DNA of 24,000 nucleotides from Acidobacteriota bacterium (GTDB lineage: Bacteria; Acidobacteriota; UBA6911; RPQK01; JAPXNP01), in assembly GCA_030597245.1 (NCBI GenBank), contig JAUVSF010000012.1, positions 3,592 through 27,591 of the forward strand. Reading direction: 5' to 3'. The notes under the pieces are model-generated. The model had not been told where the DNA came from. It was given only the letters and a program-made list of their open reading frames with translations, and did no database searches. Both the position numbers and the translations under genes were made by a program. This document shows, in pieces, positions 1-7,037 of this stretch. The number at the start of each line of letters is the position of its first letter. The first letter of the stretch is position 1.

Positions 1-512
1 TCTTCTGTGACGAAGAGACTGGCAGTTAGCTGCGTCGCCATCCTGAGCTTGTCCCAGATTCCGAGATTTCGCCAGGTGCGTTTCAGAGTCACTTGGATGT
101 CACGGTCGGCCAGGACCACCTCCGCTCCAACGTCTTCGGCCGCTTTGATTCCTTCAAGCAATTCCGCCCCTGGCATGACGCCCAGCTTCTTTCCAATCCG
201 TCGCTGGAACGAGGTCATGATCAGGGAACTGAGGAGTAGCATGGCCCTCCCTTTCCTGATTACCTCGCCAATGTTGGTTTTTCGCCAGCGGGTTGGGTCG
301 GTGAGATTCTTATATCTAACCTCGTCAAGTTCGACGCACACGACATCAGGCTTCACCAATTCTATGGTTCGTCTGACGTCAACCACACTTTCTTTGGAAA
401 CATGTGCTGTTCCTACGAGGTAGATCTGTTTCTCTGAATGCTCAATGACATAAACGCTGGGCGGGAGTTCGCTGGATTCCACCGTTCCTGGGAGTTGTTC
501 CTGCTCGGTCAT
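1..512 (-). CDS. TraB/GumN family protein, N-terminal ~170 aa only (3' end runs off the window)
   Basis: Missing from the ORF track because it is open to the window edge. My reverse-complement translation from ATG 512-510 reads MTEQEQLPGTVESSELPPSVYVIEHSEKQIYLVGTAHVSKESVVDVRRTIELVKPDVVCVELDEVRYKNL... The GTAHVS and VCVELD blocks are typical of TraB (pheromone-shutdown-like) family N-termini. The start ATG overlaps the upstream TGA as ATGA (509-512). Confidence 0.75.
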   Translation of the reverse strand, partial: MTEQEQLPGTVESSELPPSVYVIEHSEKQIYLVGTAHVSKESVVDVRRTIELVKPDVVCVELDEVRYKNLTDPTRWRKTNIGEVIRKGRAMLLLSSLIMTSFQRRIGKKLGVMPGAELLEGIKAAEDVGAEVVLADRDIQVTLKRTWRNLGIWDKLRMATQLTASLFVTE

Positions 513-1804
513 TGGGAAGCTGACTCCATCGACTCGAGCCGGATCGGCCGATGCCGTTCGATCCACTTAGCATAATCCCCATCGTAGCCGACCCTGGTTT
601 GAAGTTCTGACGCCCGCTCGAGGATCCCTTTTACATGGGCTTCCCCGTCCGGATCCCGGGAGGTGTCCTCTGGACACTCGAGAAAGCTGTCCAGTATCCA
701 TTCGGAAACCTTTCTTGCGTGGAGCCTTGAAGCCCTGATATTTCCGGTTCCTGTGACCGCGTTGCCCAGAGCGAAGACATTGTCGTAACCCTCCAGCTTT
801 CCTGTATTCGAGTCAGGAATCCTGAAAAGTTCCCACTTGAGTTCGATCCCGGGTGTGGGTTCGGGAAGACTCCCAATGGAGGAGATGATCTGAGGCGAAC
901 GCACCTCGAATTCGGTGTCTGGAAGAGCAACAGCACGACCCTCCCGGACTTCTGTTCTCTGAAACAGCAAGCCGGCGAGCCTGTTTCCTTCGACCAGTTC
1001 ACGAACCGGCATGCAGCACGGCTCAAAGCGGAAGAGGTATTTCGCCAGGAAGTTTGCGAGGAGTTTCTCTCGGACTACTTTGGCTTTCTGCAGCTTCTCA
1101 GGTGTAACATTCTCGTCCATTGGAATGAGGGGCATATCCTGAGCTCGCCTTCGATAGTACAGAGTACAGCCTTTGAGTCCCAGTTCCTCAAAGGACAAAC
1201 CCAGTTGTTGAAGAGCCTTTGGGATTCCCTTCTTTTCAAGAACGAAGAGATCTGCTGTCAAGCCCCGCCGCCGGAGAGCTCTAGCGGTGGTTTCCAGCAT
1301 CAGAATCTTGACTACGTCGAGTGATGCCAGGCCACCTCCAACGATAATCGCATCATCCTGAACCTCCAAAGCGGGGCCATCGTAATCGGGGGAATGATAC
1401 TGGTTGAACTGTGCAACGAAGAGGTTCTGGTAGCTAAGCCCCCTGTTTTCGAAGGCATCAATCCCAGGTACCGGGAGTGGCCGGTCTTTCCAGGCGCCTG
1501 TAGCCAGCAGGATCGCGCTGAAACCCCATCCCATGAGTTCCTCCAGACTGACATCTCTCCCCAGTTTGGTGCCGGGGATGTATGTCACATAAGGGCTCCT
1601 GAGTTTCTCGTCGATGGCGGCTTCTTCCTTGTCTCTCTGCTTGTGATGCCACTTGGGAAGCCCAAGTTCTATCTTCCCCCAGGGAACGGCTTCCATCTCC
1701 AAGACCACCGAACGGACCCCTCGCTGGGCGAGACAGTGGGCGGCCTCAGAACCAGCTACAGCCCCGCCGACGATACATACAATAGGTGAAGGATGAATTG
1801 GCAT
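509..1804 (-). CDS. FAD/NAD(P)-binding pyridine-nucleotide oxidoreductase (GltD / ferredoxin-NADP-reductase-like); substrate unknown
   Basis: 431-aa ORF with two Rossmann dinucleotide motifs: IVGGAVAGSEAA at the N-terminus and IIVGGGLASLDV mid-protein. AGGA lies 7-10 nt upstream of ATG 1804. The stop overlaps the TraB start. Confidence 0.8.
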   Translation of the reverse strand: MPIHPSPIVCIVGGAVAGSEAAHCLAQRGVRSVVLEMEAVPWGKIELGLPKWHHKQRDKEEAAIDEKLRSPYVTYIPGTKLGRDVSLEELMGWGFSAILLATGAWKDRPLPVPGIDAFENRGLSYQNLFVAQFNQYHSPDYDGPALEVQDDAIIVGGGLASLDVVKILMLETTARALRRRGLTADLFVLEKKGIPKALQQLGLSFEELGLKGCTLYYRRRAQDMPLIPMDENVTPEKLQKAKVVREKLLANFLAKYLFRFEPCCMPVRELVEGNRLAGLLFQRTEVREGRAVALPDTEFEVRSPQIISSIGSLPEPTPGIELKWELFRIPDSNTGKLEGYDNVFALGNAVTGTGNIRASRLHARKVSEWILDSFLECPEDTSRDPDGEAHVKGILERASELQTRVGYDGDYAKWIERHRPIRLESMESASQ

Positions 1805-1904
1805 TGGCTGTCCTGTCTTAGAGATTGGTTAATCTTTTGTAGATGCAGATCAGTATTGTAGCCAAAGAAACGGTCGGGTGTTTCGATGAATGGAAAAGGA
1901 TCCA

Positions 1905-3122
1905 TTAATCAGGACAAGCAGTCGATTTGAGAAGTTCTCGATTCTTCCAGAAAACACGCGCCTGACGGACGATACGTTTCTCTGACTGGGAATGGTCCAG
2001 CTCGAGCGTTTCTCGGATAAACGAAACAACACGACCGAAATAGAAGGGCTTCAGGCTTTCAACCACGCGGAGTTGATCGTCCTGACTGGATAAGTCCCCG
2101 TATGCATCAATATAAGAAAACACTATCTCCGCCCAGGTTGCAGCACCAATTCGAAGGCGGCGCTTTTCGAACATGCGGTGGATATCTGCGGCGAGTTCTT
2201 CCGGGAGAACAGAGTGTCTGTCTCCATTGGTATCTTCATATGCCGTTAACGCCTGACGCTTAAGCGTCTTGTAGTCGATCTCGAGGTCCTGAGGTTCGCA
2301 GATACCGTACCCGTTGTTATCGAACAGAGGTGGAGTGAATGGCTTAGAACCGTTGAGGCACCACTGCTCTTTGGCTCGAAGCAGTTCCCGAAACAGAGTG
2401 TCAACCACTTGGGTAAACATGATGCCCAGCTTCGGAGCGCTTGGTTTGTGAATCTTGGCCCCGAGCGTAGCCTGAGCAGTCAAGAAGCCGGCCACCACCG
2501 CTTCCAGTGTCATGAAAATGTCCACTCCGTATTGGCAGATGCTTTCCCCCCACTCAGTGGACAACCAGTGTTCAATCAATTCTCCTGAGAAAGCAAAGTC
2601 ACCCCCGATAGGCTGGCGGATATTCTTGCCCAACAAACCGTAAAGAAGGGGATAGCAGAGGTGATTGGTGATGGTTCCATCGTATTCATTACGTGCATAG
2701 TAAGGAGACACGAACTCATAGCCTTCGAACACCGGCCTGGCCAGAGCCTCCACCCACACCGGACTGATGCTTTTCAGATCAGCATCCACCACGACAACGG
2801 CTCTTGGCTTGAAGGGATTCAGGTACCGAAAGAGGTTCAGGAAATTGTTGCCTTTGCCTTTCACTCCCGGCGGAGTGGAAAGATAGACCTTTTGAACGCC
2901 CTTACTATCGGCTCCCAGAAAGACCTCTTTGGTGCCGTCATTTGAGTAATTGTCTGCATTGATTATGACTGTGCTACATTCCGGAAAATATTTACGGAGG
3001 CCCTCCCCCACCTGAGAGACTACGAAGGCAATGTTATCTGCCTCGTTGTACGATGGGATGCCCACAGCGACGTCAACAGGAACATTTTGCAGCGGGTTTT
3101 CGATGATGAAGTCGTCGTACAT
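1905..3122 (-). CDS. GT-A fold glycosyltransferase, mannosylglycerate/glucosylglycerate-synthase-like
   Basis: 405-aa ORF. VGIPSYNEADNI forms the N-terminal nucleotide-binding strand, and VVVVDADL supplies the DXD motif. KGKGNNFLNLFRYL and QPIGGDFAFS resemble the PGKGDGMNTALRYF and QPLGGELL segments I recall from MgS-type compatible-solute synthases. The family-level call is firm; the specific product is not. Confidence 0.7.
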   Translation of the reverse strand: MYDDFIIENPLQNVPVDVAVGIPSYNEADNIAFVVSQVGEGLRKYFPECSTVIINADNYSNDGTKEVFLGADSKGVQKVYLSTPPGVKGKGNNFLNLFRYLNPFKPRAVVVVDADLKSISPVWVEALARPVFEGYEFVSPYYARNEYDGTITNHLCYPLLYGLLGKNIRQPIGGDFAFSGELIEHWLSTEWGESICQYGVDIFMTLEAVVAGFLTAQATLGAKIHKPSAPKLGIMFTQVVDTLFRELLRAKEQWCLNGSKPFTPPLFDNNGYGICEPQDLEIDYKTLKRQALTAYEDTNGDRHSVLPEELAADIHRMFEKRRLRIGAATWAEIVFSYIDAYGDLSSQDDQLRVVESLKPFYFGRVVSFIRETLELDHSQSEKRIVRQARVFWKNRELLKSTACPD

Positions 3123-3348
3123 TTCTCTGAGTTTCGCCCCTCCCCGTCATTCGAACCTCTAAACGACCCGGTTCTCACATATGAGTGCCGGCTCGAGCAA
3201 CTTTATGACAAATCTGTGACAATTCAGCTGCACTATTACCAGAGTGTCTCAGGCGCCATTCAGTAGCGTACATATTACTTTCGTCGCATCGCGTTAAAAG
3301 TGGTGTGCGTCACGTTGAGGTTTCTGCTACGGACGTGTGCCGTACGCC

Positions 3349-4365
3349 TCAGGTAGCTCCTGAAACTACCTTGGGGACGCTGACCCGGGGATCCGGGTCC
3401 GTTTGCTGGAAATTCATCAGGGCTTCCATGACCGTGCTTAGGCTGTTCTTCTCCATCAATAGACTTCGAAACCTGCGACTCCCACGAAAGCCTTTGAAAT
3501 AGCCTGAATACATTTTCCGCATCTCCAGGACACCTCTTCGCTCACCCAGCCATTCGCACTTCAATTCCAAATGCTGTGCTGCGACAGAGACTCTCTCCTC
3601 CCAGGACGCAGGAGGAGGAAGTTCGCCGTTTTCCATCAAAGCTTTTGCATCTCGAAAAATCCATGGATTCCCGATTGCACCCCTTCCGATCATGACTGCG
3701 TCAACACCCGTTTCGTCAAACATCGCCTTCACTCGATCCGGGCTCGACGCGTCACCGTTTCCAATTACAGGGATCTGAATGTTCGAATCTTGCTTTAGTT
3801 TCCTCAACCAGGACCACTGGGCCTCACCTTTGTACATCTGAGCCCTCGTCCTGGCATGAACTGCCAGTGCTTGAATCCCCGAATCCTGAAGCATCTTTGC
3901 TACCTCGAGAATCTTGATGGATTCCTCATTCCAGCCCAGGCGCGTCTTAACTGTCACAGGGCGTGACGCAGCGGAGACTACTGCCTCTGTCAGGGCCTGC
4001 ATTTTGTCCAAGTCCTTAAGGATTCCGGCCCCTGCTCCCTGACAGATAATCTTCTTCGTGGGACAGCCAAAGTTAATATCAATGATGTCAGGTTTGGCGG
4101 AATCTACCATTCTCACCGCCTTCTTCACCTGATCGATGTCTCCACCAAAGATCTGAATACCGACCGGCCTCTCCTCCTCGGAGAAGTCGAGTTTCTTAAT
4201 TGAGTCCGGCGCATTGTGAACAAGCCCTCCCGAGGAGATGAACTCCGTATACACCATGTCAGCCCCGAACCGCCGACACAGCAGTCGGAAAGGGGGGTCG
4301 CTCACGTCCTCCATTGGAGCGAGAAACACAGGGCGTTCATCAAATTCGAGTGATCCGATTCTCAT
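3349..4365 (-). CDS. dusB: tRNA-dihydrouridine synthase (DusB-like)
   Basis: From ATG 4365 the protein reads MRIGSLEFDERPVFLAPMEDVSDPPFRLLC, collinear with the MRIG..APMAG.TD.PFR N-terminus of bacterial DusB. INFGCPTKKI (catalytic Cys region), TVKTRLGW and HARTR are present. The ORF track extends to TTG 4374; I prefer ATG 4365. Confidence 0.9.
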   Translation of the reverse strand: MRIGSLEFDERPVFLAPMEDVSDPPFRLLCRRFGADMVYTEFISSGGLVHNAPDSIKKLDFSEEERPVGIQIFGGDIDQVKKAVRMVDSAKPDIIDINFGCPTKKIICQGAGAGILKDLDKMQALTEAVVSAASRPVTVKTRLGWNEESIKILEVAKMLQDSGIQALAVHARTRAQMYKGEAQWSWLRKLKQDSNIQIPVIGNGDASSPDRVKAMFDETGVDAVMIGRGAIGNPWIFRDAKALMENGELPPPASWEERVSVAAQHLELKCEWLGERRGVLEMRKMYSGYFKGFRGSRRFRSLLMEKNSLSTVMEALMNFQQTDPDPRVSVPKVVSGAT

Positions 4366-4510
4366 TCTCAGCAAAGAGACTCAGTAATCCTGAATTGTCC
4401 GGCGAAAGCCGCGCGAATGCTCATTATAGTGAATCCGGCGTATTCATGTGGTTTCCGGCCGACTTAAAAACTCTTTTTGATTTTCTGGAGAAGTTGATAA
4501 AGAATCTCAT

Positions 4511-6190
4511 GTGGCCATGTCCAGTAGCAATCTTTTCGTCCTGTGTCTGATTGCGATAATGCCGATCGCCTTCGTTGCGGTTCTGTTGGTGGGCTTTCGA
4601 GTATCGGCGCGCACGGCACTTCCGGTGGGATATCTCGTCACCCTGGTAACTGCACTATTGCTCTGGAAGGTGAAGATCGACGTTCTTGTTGCAGCCAGCA
4701 TCCAAGGCCTGATACTGGCGGTCTCACTGCTCTACATCGTATTCGGAGCCCTCCTGCTTCTAGCTACCCTTAGGGCGAGTGGAGCCGTCGCCTCAATCCG
4801 GAGGATGTTTCTGGAGATCAGCCCTGACCGCCGGGTGCAAGCGATCATAATTGGGTGGCTATTTGGTAGTTTCATTGAGGGAGCTTCCGGATTTGGAACT
4901 CCGGCCGCAATTGCCGCGCCCCTTTTGCTTGCCCTGGGCTTCCCTGCTATGGCAGCTGTCATGGTCGGTCTGGTCATCCAGAGTACTCCGGTCTCGTTTG
5001 GTGCTGCAGGAACACCGATTCTGATAGGTGTTGCGGGTGGGTTGGATGCGCCGACCGTCAGAGCTTTTCTTCAGGATTCAGGCTGGACCTTTGCTGAATA
5101 CCTCCAGCAGATCACCGTCCAGGTCGGAGCGATGCATGCCATAGTGGGGACTTTGGTGCCGCTTTGTTTGTGCGGCATGCTGACTCGTTACTTTGGCCCC
5201 GATAGGAGTTTCTTAAAGGGTCTGCAGGTCTGGCGATTTGCCCTGTTCGCGGCATTGAGCTTCACCGTTCCCTATTTTCTACTGGCACTCTTTTTTGGCC
5301 CCGAGTTTCCGTCACTGCTCGGAGCCTCTATCGGATTGGCCATTGTCATCCCAGCCACCAGGAGAGGGTGGTTTCAGCCCAAAGAGGTCTGGGATTTCGC
5401 CCCACGGGAGACCTGGGACCCTTCCTGGATGGGAAAGATCGAAGCTGACAGGGTGGTGGACCGGGGCGAGTTTTCGGCTTTCAGGGCTTGGTCCCCCTAC
5501 GTCTTAGTGGCACTCCTGTTGTTGATTACCCGGTTGCCTCAGCTTGGAATCAAAGAGCTCCTTACCGGTATGTCGTTTGGATTTGGCGACATTCTCGGGA
5601 CAGGAATTGGACAACAGATCCAGCCGTTCTATCTTCCCGGATTCATGTTCCTTGTCGCCTGCGTCGCTACCTATTTTGTGCAGCGAATGAACCGGAATCA
5701 GATTCGGGAGTCTTGGAGTATGGCTGCTGTGCAGTTGAAGGGAGCTCTGATCCCACTGCTGTTCGCTCTGCCAATGGTGCGAGTGTTCATCGAGTCCGGT
5801 CTTGATCATAATCTATCGGGTTTGGAGAGTATGCCGTTGACTCTTGCCAAGGGTGCCGCTTCACTGGCGGGCGGGATGTGGCCTCTGTTTGCACCGTGGA
5901 TTGGTGCTCTGGGCGCTTTCATCGCAGGAAGTAATACGTTGTCCAACCTGATGTTCTCCCTGTTCCAATTCTCAACGGCTCTGAAGGTTGGCGCCGTGCC
6001 GGTCACAGTGGTGGCTGCTCAGGCGGTAGGAGGAGCTGCAGGAAACATGGTGACGATTCACAATGTGGTGGCAGCTTCGGCGACCGTTGGCTTTGTGGGC
6101 AATGAAGGCCGGTTGATCCGGATAACCGCCATTCCAGCTGCCTGCTACTGTTTTTTGGCAGGACTCCTGGCGATCTGGTGGGCATATTGA
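4511..6190 (+). CDS. lctP: L-lactate permease (LctP/LldP family, TC 2.A.14)
   Basis: 559-aa polytopic membrane ORF. FGSFIEGASGFGTPAAIAAPLLLALGF matches the LctP family signature segment. Start is either GTG 4511 or ATG 4517. Confidence 0.9.
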   Translation: MAMSSSNLFVLCLIAIMPIAFVAVLLVGFRVSARTALPVGYLVTLVTALLLWKVKIDVLVAASIQGLILAVSLLYIVFGALLLLATLRASGAVASIRRMFLEISPDRRVQAIIIGWLFGSFIEGASGFGTPAAIAAPLLLALGFPAMAAVMVGLVIQSTPVSFGAAGTPILIGVAGGLDAPTVRAFLQDSGWTFAEYLQQITVQVGAMHAIVGTLVPLCLCGMLTRYFGPDRSFLKGLQVWRFALFAALSFTVPYFLLALFFGPEFPSLLGASIGLAIVIPATRRGWFQPKEVWDFAPRETWDPSWMGKIEADRVVDRGEFSAFRAWSPYVLVALLLLITRLPQLGIKELLTGMSFGFGDILGTGIGQQIQPFYLPGFMFLVACVATYFVQRMNRNQIRESWSMAAVQLKGALIPLLFALPMVRVFIESGLDHNLSGLESMPLTLAKGAASLAGGMWPLFAPWIGALGAFIAGSNTLSNLMFSLFQFSTALKVGAVPVTVVAAQAVGGAAGNMVTIHNVVAASATVGFVGNEGRLIRITAIPAACYCFLAGLLAIWWAY

Positions 6191-6207
6191 GGGGAGCTGG
6201 GGCTTGT

Positions 6208-6242
6208 CGAAGTGCGAACGACGAACGACGAAGTTCGAACGG
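6208..6242. repeat. Heptamer tandem array, 5 units CGAASNN
   Basis: Read in register 7: CGAAGTG CGAACGA CGAACGA CGAAGTT CGAACGG. Starts 18 nt after the lctP stop. Confidence 0.85.
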
Positions 6243-6255
6243 GATGCGGGGGCCT

Positions 6256-6290
6256 GGTGATCGGTAAACGGTAATCGGTGATCGGTAATC
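6256..6290. repeat. Heptamer tandem array, 5 units GGTRAWC
   Basis: GGTGATC GGTAAAC GGTAATC GGTGATC GGTAATC. It is the reverse-complement family of the GATNACC arrays at 6991-7025 and 14475-14502. Confidence 0.9.
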
Positions 6291-6323
6291 CAAGTCACCA
6301 AGCCCACCCAAGAAATTCCTGGT

Positions 6324-6365
6324 CTACTTACGACTTACCACTTACTACTTACTTCCCCGATCACC
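6324..6365. repeat. Heptamer tandem array, CNACTTA x4, then CTTCCCC and GATCACC
   Basis: CTACTTA CGACTTA CCACTTA CTACTTA CTTCCCC GATCACC. The pduO stop codon (tca, 6361-6363) lies inside the final GATCACC unit. Direct-repeat partner at 6959-7004. Confidence 0.9.
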
Positions 6366-6900
6366 GTTCCCATAGAACGTCTGCTTGTCCCGCAGCGTTG
6401 TTAATCGAGCGTGCCATCACGAAAAGGAGATCCGAAAGCCGATTGAGATACGAGAGTGACACATCTGAGACGGTTTGGGACCGGCTCAGGGTCACTAGAC
6501 TTCTTTCCGCTCTCCGGCAGACTGCCCGAGCCGAGTGACACACAGTAGCCGCCCGAGTTCCTCCAGGCAGGATGAACTCCTCTAGCGGCTTAAGGTCTCC
6601 GTTAAGATGGTCAAGGGCTTCTTCCAAAGCCAACACTCGCTCGTTCTTGAGCATTGAGTGTCCGGGGATTGACAACTCACCCCCGAGATCAAACAAGTCG
6701 TGCTGTATCGCCAATAGCTCACGGCCGATTCCAGACGGCAACTCATAAGACAGGAGTATCCCCAAGATACTGTTCAACTCATCGACATCTCCGTAGCTCT
6801 TGACCCGAGGATCATCTTTACTGACCCTCGATCCGTCCCCCAGCCCAGTCTCACCTCTGTCACCTGTTCTTGTATAGATCTTGGAGAGTCGATAACCCAT
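6361..6900 (-). CDS. pduO: PduO-type ATP:cob(I)alamin adenosyltransferase (MMAB family)
   Basis: 179-aa ORF carrying the hallmark blocks IYTRTGDRGETGL, GDVDELNSILG, HDLFDLGGEL and FILPGG. AAGGA lies just upstream of ATG 6900. Confidence 0.92.
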   Translation of the reverse strand: MGYRLSKIYTRTGDRGETGLGDGSRVSKDDPRVKSYGDVDELNSILGILLSYELPSGIGRELLAIQHDLFDLGGELSIPGHSMLKNERVLALEEALDHLNGDLKPLEEFILPGGTRAATVCHSARAVCRRAERSLVTLSRSQTVSDVSLSYLNRLSDLLFVMARSINNAAGQADVLWER

Positions 6901-6919
6901 TTCCTTATCCTTTCCCGAT

Positions 6920-6954
6920 CAAATGTCAAGTGACAAATGTCAAATGTCAAGTGT
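6920..6954. repeat. Heptamer tandem array, 5 units CAARTGW
   Basis: CAAATGT CAAGTGA CAAATGT CAAATGT CAAGTGT, immediately upstream of pduO on the minus strand. Read on the minus strand it gives repeated TTGACA. Confidence 0.9.
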
Positions 6955-6958
6955 CGGA

Positions 6959-7037
6959 CTACTTACTACTTACTACTTACCGCTTCCCCCGATCACTGAT
7001 CACCGATGACCGATAACCGATAACCGGTTCGTCGTCA
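6959..7037. repeat. Composite heptamer arrays: CTACTTA x3, CCGCTTC, CCCC, GATNACC x5, GGTTCGTCGTCA
   Basis: CTACTTA CTACTTA CTACTTA CCGCTTC CCCC, then GATCACT GATCACC GATGACC GATAACC GATAACC (6991-7025), then GGTTCGT CGTCA. The addA stop codon (tca) is at 7035-7037. Confidence 0.9.

Noticed and set aside
7-423. 138-aa plus-strand ORF at the left edge of the window
   Set aside because: It is antisense to a much better minus-strand reading frame (TraB-family, open to the window edge, with recognisable motifs). Its S/T/R-rich composition is typical of a shadow ORF.
6924-6950. Three TTGACA hexamers (minus-strand reading of the CAAATGT array) as stacked -35 boxes for pduO
   Set aside because: No acceptable -10 lies at 16-18 nt from any of them (GATCGG, GACATT, or the SD AAGGAA itself). 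The hexamers are a by-product of the repeat unit, and promoter function cannot be supported from sequence.
6208-7037. Repeat arrays as a possible CRISPR locus
   Set aside because: The units are 7 nt and directly abutting with no spacers, block lengths are about 35 nt, and there are no cas genes. This is a tandem microsatellite-like architecture, not repeat-spacer.
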